This document shows, piece after piece, positions 17,819-26,771 of a DNA stretch of 64,000 bases. This DNA comes from Planctomycetota bacterium (GTDB lineage Bacteria > Planctomycetota > MHYJ01 > WSZJ01). Made by a program: the position numbers and the translations under genes. A model generated the notes under the pieces. The model saw only the letters and a list, made by a program, of their open reading frames with translations, was not told the origin of the DNA and did no database searches. Position 1 is the stretch's first letter. Each line of letters begins with the position of its first letter. The stretch is taken from contig WSZJ01000004.1 of NCBI GenBank assembly GCA_009773755.1, positions 44,475 through 108,474 of the forward strand. Direction: 5' to 3'.

Positions 17819-19859
17819 ATGCCGACGCCTCCCAGCGATCCCGCCCCGAACGACCTGACCGTCCTCAAGACGGCGCTTCGGCAGAATCTGCTCACGCCCG
17901 AACAGGTCGCCACGATTCTGCGCGAAGCGCCCGAGGGCCGGCTCGCGGAGACGATGCGGGCGAAGGGCTGGGTGCGGCCCGAGGCCCTTGAGTCCTTTCT
18001 CAAGAGCGGCGCCGAGCTCGCCGCCCCCTCGGACTCGAACCTTCCGGCGGAAGTTCAGGCCGCGATGCGCGACCCCGAGCGCCGCTTCGGCGAGTTCGTC
18101 CTCGTCTCCCCGCTCGGCAAGGGCGGCATGGGAGAAGTCTGGCGCGCGTGGCAGCCGGCGCTGGGGCGCGTCGTCGCGCTGAAGCGGATGTCGGGAACTT
18201 CCGCGGAGGACGAAGCGCGTTTCCGTCGCGAGGCGCAGATCGTCGCTTCCCTCCAGCATCCGAATGTCCCGGCGGTCTACGAATTCGGCGTGCTCTCGGG
18301 GCGTTTCTACATCGCGATGCAGCTTCTCGAAGGGCGCACGCTCGCGGGAATCAAGGTACCGCTTCGCCGCGCGCTCGAAGTAATCCGGGACGCGGCGGAA
18401 GCGATTCATGCGGCGCATGTGCGCGGCATCGTGCACCGGGACCTGAAGCCGCAGAATCTGATGCTCGACGAATCGGGGAAGCTGTACGTGATGGACTTCG
18501 GCCTGGCGCGGGCGGACGCCGGCTCGGGGAGCGACCGCGGGCTGACTGTGAGCGGCGAGCTGCTGGGGGGAGCAGGCGTGGGGGAAGGCGTACGCGGTCG
18601 GGCCGGCGACGGATGTGTGGTCGCTGGGGGTGACGCTGTACGAGCTGGCGACGGGGCAGCTTCCGTTCAAGGGGCGCCACTATTCCGAAGTGCTCGACGC
18701 GATCCGCACGGCGGACCCGGCGCGGCCCGGTTCGATCGCGGAAGGGGTCGGCCTCGACGTCGAGACGATCATCCTGCACTGCCTGAGGAAGGAGCCGTCG
18801 AAGCGGTATGCGAGCGCGGCGGAGCTGGCGGCGGACATCGCGGCGGTCCTGCGCGGGGAAGCGATCAAGGCGCGGCCGGTCGGGCAGTGGGAGCGGGCGG
18901 GGAGGCGGCTCGTGCGGTACCCGGCGACGTACGCCGCGGTTTTTTTTGCGCTTCTCATGGCGGCGGTCTACACCGCCGTGATTCACGACGCGTCGGAACC
19001 CGTGCAGGACGACGACCTGCGACGCGCCAGGCTCGAGCAGCTCGAGGGTAACGCCGAAGCGCTCGACCAGATCCTGCTCGCGAGTCCGTCGACGGCGCCT
19101 TACGCAAGGCTGGCGCGAGAAAGGCACGATGGGGACTGGATCAGAATCGTATCGGCACAGGAGGCCTCGCGACGCGCGAGAAACGACCCGGCGTTGGAGC
19201 CGATCGAGCGCGCCGTGCTGCTGGCATTCGCCGCGGGAGGGTTCCCGGCGGACTATCAGTCCCTGCGCCAGCTGGAGCCGCTCCTTGGAAACGGTCGCCT
19301 CTCAGCAGAGCTCGGATTCGACGTGCGCCGCTACCGCCTCCATTTCGTGACCGACCCTCCGGACGCCATCCAGGAGAGCTGGCCGCGGCACGAAAATCCC
19401 TACGACGAAGGTTTCCGGAACCTGTTCAGGTTCACCGCCCCGTCCCGTGGCGACGCATGGCTCTACGTCCCTCAGGCCGGAAGACTCGAGTGCGACCTTC
19501 AGGTAAAACTCCCCGCTTCCCCGCCGCCCGGGGGATTCGTCTACATGTCCGACGGGATGGGAAGCGGGATCCTTCTGTCAACCCATTGGATGCGCGAGGG
19601 CAGCACGCCTGATCGTCCCCCGCTGGAATTCACAAACGGCCCGGACGCAGTCGCGGCCACAATCGCGCTCGGCGGCCGACTTCCGACGTTCGCGGAGCTC
19701 GAGATTCTGCGCGCCCTCGCGTCCAGTGGGCTTCCCCTCGAATACGATGCGAAAATCCCGGAGTGGGCAACTCTGCAGGATCCTCCCGCCGGGTCTCCCC
19801 CTGCTCCCCCCGCGCCGAACCTGCGCGGTTACGCCAGGGTCGTCAGGGACGCGCCATGA
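17819..19859 (+). pseudogene. Ser/Thr protein kinase with TM segment and FGE-sulfatase-like C-terminal domain, interrupted by a +1 frameshift at a G6 run (18565-18570)
   Basis: Frame A (17819-~18568) has GKGGMGEVWRA, VALKR, HRDLKPQNLML and DFGLAR. Frame B continues ..EQAWGKAYAVGPATDVWSLGVTLYELATGQLPF..; removing one G joins them as ..SGELLG-EQAWGK... A TM segment follows (YAAVFFALLMAAVYTAVI), then ..GGRLPTFAELEILRA.., which resembles the RLPTEAEWE motif. Confidence 0.75.
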
Positions 19860-20587
19860 ACGAGCAGGGTGCCGAAGCTCTTCTTCAGGTCTCCTCCGGA
19901 AACTTCCGGGCCCTGCGTCCGGTGTACGACGAACAGGCGCCCGCCGCCTGGGGTCTCGCCCTCCTGGTCACTCGTCGCCGCCGGCGCGCGGCGCGGGTCC
20001 TGACCCGGCTCTTCTCCGAAGTCTCGACTTCCCCCGAACGTTTCGCCGACGGCCGCGATTTGCGCGTCTCCATCCTCGCCGCAACCCTCCGGCTCGCTTC
20101 GCTGGAAACACGCCGGAAGCGCTGGCCGTGGCCTCGCCCGGCGAGACGCTCCCGGGCGTTCGAGGGCCCGGTCGACGCTTCGTTCGCGCAGCGAATCGAT
20201 TCGGCGACGGACGAACAGGCTCTCCGGCTCGCGCTGGAAGCGGTGGAGGGGTTGTCGCCGGAGGACCTTGCGGACGCGACCCGCAAGGCTTCCGCGCGTC
20301 CTTCGCCGCCCGCGCCGCGCTGGCGCCATCCGCCCCGCTCGCTCAAGGCGCTTCTGCTCATGAAGGCCACGGAGGCGGCGCGCCCGGAGAGGAAGTACGT
20401 CCGGTGGTTTCTGATCTGGCTGGCCCCGCTCGCGGGACTGGTCCTGGCAAGGTTGAGTGAGCGGACGGCGCCGCGGTTGCCGATCGAACGATATTCGCCG
20501 GCGCCCATCAGGGGAATCGACGATCGGCCTACGGAAGAAGAGAAGTCGAGCCTCAAGCGATTCGTTCTTCAGCCGGAGGGGAAATGA
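19856..20587 (+). CDS. Membrane-anchored hypothetical protein with degenerate ECF-sigma-like N-terminal region
   Basis: ATG 19856 shares ATGA with the kinase stop. N-terminal helices are loosely sigma-70 region-2-like (..WGLALLVTRRRRRAARVLTRLFSEV..RVSILAATLRLA). One TM segment (WFLIWLAPLAGLVLARL). Confidence 0.55.
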   Translation: MNEQGAEALLQVSSGNFRALRPVYDEQAPAAWGLALLVTRRRRRAARVLTRLFSEVSTSPERFADGRDLRVSILAATLRLASLETRRKRWPWPRPARRSRAFEGPVDASFAQRIDSATDEQALRLALEAVEGLSPEDLADATRKASARPSPPAPRWRHPPRSLKALLLMKATEAARPERKYVRWFLIWLAPLAGLVLARLSERTAPRLPIERYSPAPIRGIDDRPTEEEKSSLKRFVLQPEGK

Positions 20588-21831
20588 AGTCCTGGCGCTG
20601 GTGGTTATCGCTGGGCGCGATCCCGCTCTGGATCGCCGTGTTCGAATGTGCCTGGGCGCTGGCGAACTGGGAGGCAAACCGCAGGATCGGGAATCTGATC
20701 TCGGAGGCGAAGAGAACGGGAGTCCTTCCCGACAGCTGGAAGTCGGATTTCGCCGTGACCTCGGCGAGACCGTATGACCCCTGCGTCGTCGCGTGCCGCT
20801 ACGCCGGCTATGCGCCCGACCCCGCGCCTGCCCTGCAGGACTTTGCTTTCCGCTGGGATGTGCCGCCCGAGCGGCTCTGGCTCCCCTTCTTTCGCGGATG
20901 GATCCGGGCCAATCCGGAAGCGCTTGCGGAACTCCGCCGTGGATCGGCGCTCCTGCGCGCCCGGGACCTGTCTGACCCGAGAGGCGTCGAGAACCTGCCC
21001 GATAATTGGTTCGACTCCGACATCAACTACCCCGTCAAGCTGAGCCTGCAGCTGGCGTTCTGCGCCGCGCGCGTGGCGCAGATCGACGGAGACCCGGAAT
21101 GCGGCGCGATCCTCGCCGACGCCTTCGGATTGGTCCGCCTGATGGCGATGCCCGACGGGAGCGCCCCCAATGGCAACCGGCGCGACGTCGCCCTGGGCCC
21201 GCTCCAGGTCCTTCGCTTCCTCATGGAATCGGAAAGCGCCGCGCTGCTGGCCCCCGGACTGCTCGAGTCGCTCCGAACTCTTCAGCCCGGCATTCTTCGA
21301 AAAGTCGCCGTGCGGGAAGCTCGAAGGGTCAATCGCATCCGGTTCCTCCTGTACGTGAACGAGCCGCGTCGATACGCGAAGAATTGCCCGTACCTGGTCT
21401 CGGCCCGGAACTTCGCTGGAATCGATGAGAATGAATTGCACCCCTGGCATGCGAGGCTGATGCTCCTCGACCAGAAGCTCGGCGATTCCGGGCTGCTCAC
21501 GCCTCTGGTCCGGCTCTTCCTGGCCAACGACGCGGAGCAGTGGCTCCGCGATGCAGAGAAGGGGTATTTCCGAAGCGACCAATTCGAGGAAGACGTCTGT
21601 ATTTCCGGAGAGCGGCTCGCCCTGATGCGCGCCGCGGCGCGGATGTACGCGAGGCCGGATGAAGCGGCGCCTGCCGACCCGGAAGCGGTTCGAGACCTGC
21701 CGGAGGAGCTGGCTGCACGCGTGCGGGTGACCCGGGAGGGCTCTTCGATCATTGTGCAGGCAACGGAATGGACGCCCTCTCTGGATTCTTCCGCGCCTGT
21801 GCCGGTGCAGTCCATCCGAGTGAGACGCTGA
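20584..21831 (+). CDS. Hypothetical N-terminally membrane-anchored protein
   Basis: ATG 20584 shares ATGA with the upstream stop. N-terminal TM segment WWLSLGAIPLWIAVFECAWAL. The helical 415-aa body has normal composition. No family recognised. Confidence 0.6.
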   Translation: MKSWRWWLSLGAIPLWIAVFECAWALANWEANRRIGNLISEAKRTGVLPDSWKSDFAVTSARPYDPCVVACRYAGYAPDPAPALQDFAFRWDVPPERLWLPFFRGWIRANPEALAELRRGSALLRARDLSDPRGVENLPDNWFDSDINYPVKLSLQLAFCAARVAQIDGDPECGAILADAFGLVRLMAMPDGSAPNGNRRDVALGPLQVLRFLMESESAALLAPGLLESLRTLQPGILRKVAVREARRVNRIRFLLYVNEPRRYAKNCPYLVSARNFAGIDENELHPWHARLMLLDQKLGDSGLLTPLVRLFLANDAEQWLRDAEKGYFRSDQFEEDVCISGERLALMRAAARMYARPDEAAPADPEAVRDLPEELAARVRVTREGSSIIVQATEWTPSLDSSAPVPVQSIRVRR

Positions 21832-21891
21832 TCGACCGAGCCGCTTGACAGGTTCCAAATCCCCTGGACTGAATGTCCATTTGTTCGTCTG

Positions 21892-22929
21892 ATGTTAGGT
21901 ATGGCCCTGCGCCCCATTGTCAACCCCCCTCACCGCTGGAATGCGCTCCAGCATGAGTTCCTCGACGCTCCTCCCCCGGCAAAACTCGAAGTGTTCGAGG
22001 AGGAAGCGAAATCGGTTCTCGTCGAGAACGAATCTCCCGATGTCGGGTTCCGCTGGTCGGTGAACCCGTACCGCGGCTGCATCCACGGGTGCGCGTACTG
22101 CTACGCGCGGCCGTCGCACCAGTACTGGGACTTCGGAGCCGGAACGGACTTCGAGCGCAAGATCGTGGTGAAGGTCAACGCGCCGGAGAGGCTGCGCGAG
22201 GGATTCCTCAAGCGCTCATGGGCCGGCGACAGCGTCACCTTCAGCGGCAACACGGACTGCTACCAGCCCCTCGAGGCGGAATACCGGATCACGCGACGGT
22301 GCCTTGAGGTGTGCCACGAATTCCGAAATCCCGTGGGGATCATTACCAAGTCCGCGCTGATCCGGCGGGATCAGGATGTGCTCGCTGCGCTGGCGCGCGA
22401 CGCGCGGGCGGCGGTCTACTTCAGCATCCCCTTCGCCGACGCCGCGATGACCCGCAAACTCGAGCCGTGGGCGCCCGCGCCGCAGGCCCGCTGGGACGCG
22501 ATGCGCGCCCTGGCCGGCGCAGGGATTCCCGTCGGAGTTTCGGTCTCCCCGATCATCCCCGGGCTGAATGAGAGCCAGATTCCCGAAATACTGAAGCGCT
22601 CGCACGACGCCGGGGCGCGCTCGGCGTTTCACATCCTGTTGAGGCTTCCCTCCGAGGTGAAAGACATCTTCTTCGAGCGCCTCGCCGCGGAATTGCCGCA
22701 CCGCGTCAATCGCGTCCGGCACGCCGTCGAGGACGTCCGTGGAGGGAAACTCAACGATCCCCGCTTCGGGATGCGCATGCGGGGAACCGGCCCGCGATGG
22801 GAGGCGATCGCCCGGTTGTTCGACGTGTGGCGGCGGAAACTCGGGATGGAACCGTCCGGCCTGGTGGACGCGGCGACGACCTTCCGGCGGCCGTCGATCC
22901 AGGGGGCGCTCTTCCCGGACGGCAAATGA
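21892..22929 (+). CDS. Radical SAM protein (PA0069 / SplB-like 'DNA photolyase-related' family)
   Basis: ..SVNPYRGCIHGCAYCYARPSH.. carries the CxxxCxxC motif. Length and layout are typical of the PA0069 family. An alternative ATG lies at 21901. Confidence 0.8.
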   Translation: MLGMALRPIVNPPHRWNALQHEFLDAPPPAKLEVFEEEAKSVLVENESPDVGFRWSVNPYRGCIHGCAYCYARPSHQYWDFGAGTDFERKIVVKVNAPERLREGFLKRSWAGDSVTFSGNTDCYQPLEAEYRITRRCLEVCHEFRNPVGIITKSALIRRDQDVLAALARDARAAVYFSIPFADAAMTRKLEPWAPAPQARWDAMRALAGAGIPVGVSVSPIIPGLNESQIPEILKRSHDAGARSAFHILLRLPSEVKDIFFERLAAELPHRVNRVRHAVEDVRGGKLNDPRFGMRMRGTGPRWEAIARLFDVWRRKLGMEPSGLVDAATTFRRPSIQGALFPDGK

Positions 22930-22992
22930 CTCGAAACCTCCCCTCCTCGACCGCTGTATAGTAGGAAGCCGCCACAAATCCAGAGGGACTCC

Positions 22993-25900
22993 ATGCCCAC
23001 CGCCCGCTTCCGCGCCCCCATTCTCTTTGCCGCCTCGACCCTGATCGCCGCCCTCGCGGCGCTTCCCCTCCTGCTGCGCGCGGCTCCGCCGGCGGTCAAG
23101 TGGTTCAGCGCGCGGACCGTGGCGGAAGTCGGACGGACGAGGATCATCGCGTTCGGGGTGGAAGCGGCGCCGGAGAAGGATGCGGCGCCTGCGATCGAAA
23201 TCGGCGACGGCGGGTTGCTCGAGGTCGTCGCGCCGCCTGCGGTGCTCAAGGGGCGGACCACGGGGTATCTTCGCGTCCGCGGGCTCAAAGCAGGCGAGAC
23301 CTCCCTGCGCATCGGCGACGCTTCGATCACCGTGAAGGTCGTCAATCCGCGCGTGGTTTCCGCGGCGCGGCCGGAAATCGTCGGCCCGGCCGACGGCGCG
23401 ATCGCGTGGGGCAAGTTCTCGGTCGGCGTCGAAATGGATGCGGAAGCGGGCGGGCCGGGAGCGACGCACGCCCTGCGCCTGAATCCGGGCGGTCAGCGTA
23501 TTCCGAAGCGCGTGAGCGGCACCACCTGGGGGCCGACGCTTCGGGTGCTCTACGAGGTCGACGGCACGGATCTCGCCGAGGGCCCTGTCGAGATCACGCC
23601 GATCCTGCACCGCGCGGACGGCGCGGAAACCGAGGGCGAGACGATCGTCGTCACGCTCCTCAAGCCTTCGGACGAAGACGCGATCGAAATGGAAGCCGAA
23701 GACCAGCGCGAATCGAAGCGGCCGGACCGCTTCAGCAAGGACCCGCTGTTCATCGCTCCGGACGCGAAGGCGAGCGGCGAGGAATACGTGAACCTGTTCG
23801 GCGCGGAGCCGGTTCCGTGCTTCCACCTGACGGTGGAAAGTGCGGGGTGGTACCAGGTGGCGATCCTCGCGAAAGGGTCGTTCGCGGGCGGCGCGTTCCC
23901 GACGGTGGGGCTGTTCATCGACGGCAAGGACCCGCCTTCCACGAATGTGAGGCTGATCGACGAGGACTGGCATCGCGTGCTGCTGGGCGTCCCCGTGCGG
24001 CTCGACAAGGGGGAGCGCGTGCTGACGCCGTACTTCCTCAACGACTTCTATGCGGCCGGCGTGCCGGCCGACCGGAACCTGTTCCTCGACCGCCTGGACA
24101 TCGTGCGCGTCGACCGGCCGAAGGGCGGAGCAGGCGAGGGCAGCGACCCGGGCGGGCCGATGATTCAGCCCGCGGGGATGGCGCCGGGGCGGGACGCGTG
24201 GAGCTCGCTGCGCGTTGCATTCGCGGACAACATCGACGGGAAGCAGATCCCGGGGACGGTCGAGATCAACGGCGTGGCCTGGTGGCGGCGGATGGAGAAG
24301 TCGGCCGGGCCGAAACTCGAGCTCCTCGTGAACGGCGCGGGCATTTCCTCGCAGCATTCCGCAACCCCGAAATGGTGGCTCGACCCCGCGTACCTGAAGG
24401 AAGGCGAGAACACGCTTCAAATCGTCGCGATGCTCGACGACGGAACCACTGTCCGCACGCCGGAGCAGCGCGTGACCTGGCGGCCGCCGTGGAAGGACGC
24501 TGCGGCGCGCAAGCCGATGCCCTTCCTGCGGTTCCCCGTACGCGACCGCGCCTGGGATAACGAGACGCGCAAGGCGCTGACGACGGACGGCGACTGCCCC
24601 GAGAAAGTGTGCGCGCGCTTCGCTTCCAACGGCACCGCGACGCTCACGCTCCCGGAACACATGAGCGGGCCCTTCCTGATCTGGGTTGAGGCGAAGGGCG
24701 ACCACTACGACGGCGCGCCGAAGGCCGAAGTCGTGCTGCGCGCCGGCGGGAAAGAAACGAAAATCAACACGATCGACGTCGGCGGCTGGTGGAACCCGCA
24801 CATGACGGGCATCACCGCGCTCCCCGAGGGGAAGAAAACGCTTTCGATCTCGTTCATCAACGACAAGTACGACGAAGGGAAGGGCGACCGGAATTTCAAC
24901 CTGCAGGGGGTCATCCTCGTCGGCGCGCCGCCGGCGGCGGACGGGCGCGGGCCGCGGGTGAAGATCGCCTGGCCGCTTGAGGGCGCCGAGGTCTGGATGC
25001 AGGACGCCGTGGTCGCAATGCCCGTGGACGACTTCGGCGTCGCGTGGATCGACACCGAGGTCGACGGGAAGCGGACCGGAGTGCGCGGCGAAATGCTCGG
25101 CAAGGTCGGGCGCCTGACGTTGCCGCTTCTGGCCCGCGGTCTCGCTCCGGGCGAGCACAAGCTCGTCGTCATCGCTGCGGACACTTCAGGGCACGAAGGG
25201 CGCTCGAAGGAACGGAAGTTCATGGTCCCGGCGAAAGCGCCGGAAACGCTGACCCGCTACGACCGCGCCGTGCACCTTCTGAACCGCTTCGCCTACGGCC
25301 CGGATTCGGTAGAGCTGGCCGCGGTTCTCACGATGGGCGAAGAGGCGTACATCGAGGACCGCCTCGCCCGCGGCCCGGACGACCCCGGAGACGCGTCCGC
25401 TCTCGCCGCCGCAGGGATCGTCTTCGACGGCCGCAACGACCAGTACGACGTGATGGGCCGCGACGCGTATCACGCGGTCGCTTCGCCGAATCCCGTCCGA
25501 ACCCGCTTCGTCCGCTGGACCGACAACCACTTCAATACCTGGATCCGCAAGACCGGCGGCCGCGCCGAGTGGCAGGAGCGCCGCATTTTCACGCGGCTCG
25601 GCGCCGCGCCGTTCCGCGACCTGCTGTTCGCGTCGGCGACGAGCCCGTGCATGATGCAGTACCTCGACCAGCAGTTCAGCTTCGCTCGGAACCTGAACGA
25701 GAATTACGCGCGCGAAATCTGCGAGCTGCACACCGTCGGCGTGCACGGCGGGTACGCGCAGAAGGACGTGACCGCGCTCGCGAACATCATCACGGGCTGG
25801 ATGTACTCGAACGAGGGCGACGGAAAGAAAGCGGGCTACGCCGACGACTGGAAGTGGCGTTTCGACCCCGCGCTCTGCGACCCGCGCCCGCAACGTTTCT

Positions 25901-26601
25901 TCGGCATGATCTTCCCCAAGGCCGGCCCCGCGGAACGCTTCGACCGCGCGCGCATGGCGGTCGAGCTGCTTGCCGGGCATCCGTCGACGGCGACGTTCGT
26001 CTGCTCGAAGCTCGTAGCGCACTACATCTGCTGGCCGGCGCCCGAGGACGTGACGGCGGACCTGGCGAAGGTCTTCCTCGAGACGGACGGAGACATGAAG
26101 GAAGTGCTGCTGGCGCTGGCGAAACATCCCGCGTTTTTCCGCGAGGGGCTCAAGGAACGCGTCGCCCCGCCGTTCGACCACGCCGCGCGCATCTCCCGCT
26201 GCGTGAATTTCCGGCTCCCCTGGCAGGTCATCGACCTCTGCGCCAGAAGCGGGGCCGGCGTCTACGACCGCCCGACTCCGGACGGCTTCCAGGAAGAAGA
26301 CACGGCCTGGACAAGCACGAACGCGACGCTGCAGCGGTGGAAATTCGCGCGGGAAAACGAGTGGATCCTGTCAACGACCGTCCCGAACCCGTTCCGCTGG
26401 AACAACGAGAAGACGACGACCGAAGAGCAGCGGCAGTTCCTCGTCGACATCGTCGCGGTGAAATTGACCGGAAAGGTGCTGAGCGCCGATTCCAACGAAG
26501 CCGCGATGTCGGTCATGAAGGCGTGCAAGGGCAACCGCGACGACCTGGCGAGGGAGGCGGCGAGTTTCGTCGGGCAGATGCCGGAGATCGGGCTGAAGTA
26601 G
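22993..26601 (+). CDS. Large secreted protein: Ig-like + two CBM-like modules + C-terminal DUF1800 domain
   Basis: Signal peptide MPTARFRAPILFAASTLIAALAALPLLLRA. Big_2-like segment (..YLRVRGLKAGETSLRIGDASITVKVVN). CBM-like segments follow. The C-terminal ~480 aa match the DUF1800 pattern (LLNRFAYGPD.., ..LHTVGVHGGYAQKDV..). Confidence 0.8.
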   Translation: MPTARFRAPILFAASTLIAALAALPLLLRAAPPAVKWFSARTVAEVGRTRIIAFGVEAAPEKDAAPAIEIGDGGLLEVVAPPAVLKGRTTGYLRVRGLKAGETSLRIGDASITVKVVNPRVVSAARPEIVGPADGAIAWGKFSVGVEMDAEAGGPGATHALRLNPGGQRIPKRVSGTTWGPTLRVLYEVDGTDLAEGPVEITPILHRADGAETEGETIVVTLLKPSDEDAIEMEAEDQRESKRPDRFSKDPLFIAPDAKASGEEYVNLFGAEPVPCFHLTVESAGWYQVAILAKGSFAGGAFPTVGLFIDGKDPPSTNVRLIDEDWHRVLLGVPVRLDKGERVLTPYFLNDFYAAGVPADRNLFLDRLDIVRVDRPKGGAGEGSDPGGPMIQPAGMAPGRDAWSSLRVAFADNIDGKQIPGTVEINGVAWWRRMEKSAGPKLELLVNGAGISSQHSATPKWWLDPAYLKEGENTLQIVAMLDDGTTVRTPEQRVTWRPPWKDAAARKPMPFLRFPVRDRAWDNETRKALTTDGDCPEKVCARFASNGTATLTLPEHMSGPFLIWVEAKGDHYDGAPKAEVVLRAGGKETKINTIDVGGWWNPHMTGITALPEGKKTLSISFINDKYDEGKGDRNFNLQGVILVGAPPAADGRGPRVKIAWPLEGAEVWMQDAVVAMPVDDFGVAWIDTEVDGKRTGVRGEMLGKVGRLTLPLLARGLAPGEHKLVVIAADTSGHEGRSKERKFMVPAKAPETLTRYDRAVHLLNRFAYGPDSVELAAVLTMGEEAYIEDRLARGPDDPGDASALAAAGIVFDGRNDQYDVMGRDAYHAVASPNPVRTRFVRWTDNHFNTWIRKTGGRAEWQERRIFTRLGAAPFRDLLFASATSPCMMQYLDQQFSFARNLNENYAREICELHTVGVHGGYAQKDVTALANIITGWMYSNEGDGKKAGYADDWKWRFDPALCDPRPQRFFGMIFPKAGPAERFDRARMAVELLAGHPSTATFVCSKLVAHYICWPAPEDVTADLAKVFLETDGDMKEVLLALAKHPAFFREGLKERVAPPFDHAARISRCVNFRLPWQVIDLCARSGAGVYDRPTPDGFQEEDTAWTSTNATLQRWKFARENEWILSTTVPNPFRWNNEKTTTEEQRQFLVDIVAVKLTGKVLSADSNEAAMSVMKACKGNRDDLAREAASFVGQMPEIGLK

Positions 26602-26636
26602 GGCTGGTGGTTGGTGAGGCCGAGGATAAAAGCAAA

Positions 26637-26726
26637 GACAAATCCCAAATCCCAACTCCAACTCCAAATTCCAACCGACGTCTGCAGAATTGGGATTTGG
26701 AGTTGGAGTTGGCGTTGGGATTTGTC
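26637..26726. repeat. Intergenic hairpin with ~38-bp arms made of AAATCCC/AACTCC tandem units
   Basis: The left arm GACAAATCCCAAATCCCAACTCCAACTCCAAATTCCAA (26637-26674) is nearly the reverse complement of AATTGGGATTTGGAGTTGGAGTTGGCGTTGGGATTTGTC (26688-26726). The loop is CCGACGTCTGCAG. Lies between the DUF1800 stop and the DUF1501 start. Confidence 0.85.
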
Positions 26727-26771
26727 GTGGTCGTTTTCGCAAGCCCCAAAGACAGCTTCAAGGAGTCACGC

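Noticed and set aside
22216-25158. 980-aa minus-strand ORF across the radical SAM and DUF1800 genes
   Set aside because: It is a shadow ORF with extreme Arg/Pro/Gly content. It spans two well-supported plus-strand genes and their intergenic gap.
25044-26771. N-terminal 575 codons of the 1003-aa ORF 25044..28055
   Set aside because: This part is out of frame over the DUF1800 gene and crosses the hairpin. The real DUF1501 protein starts at ATG 26772, which has an AGGAG RBS and a Tat-like signal.
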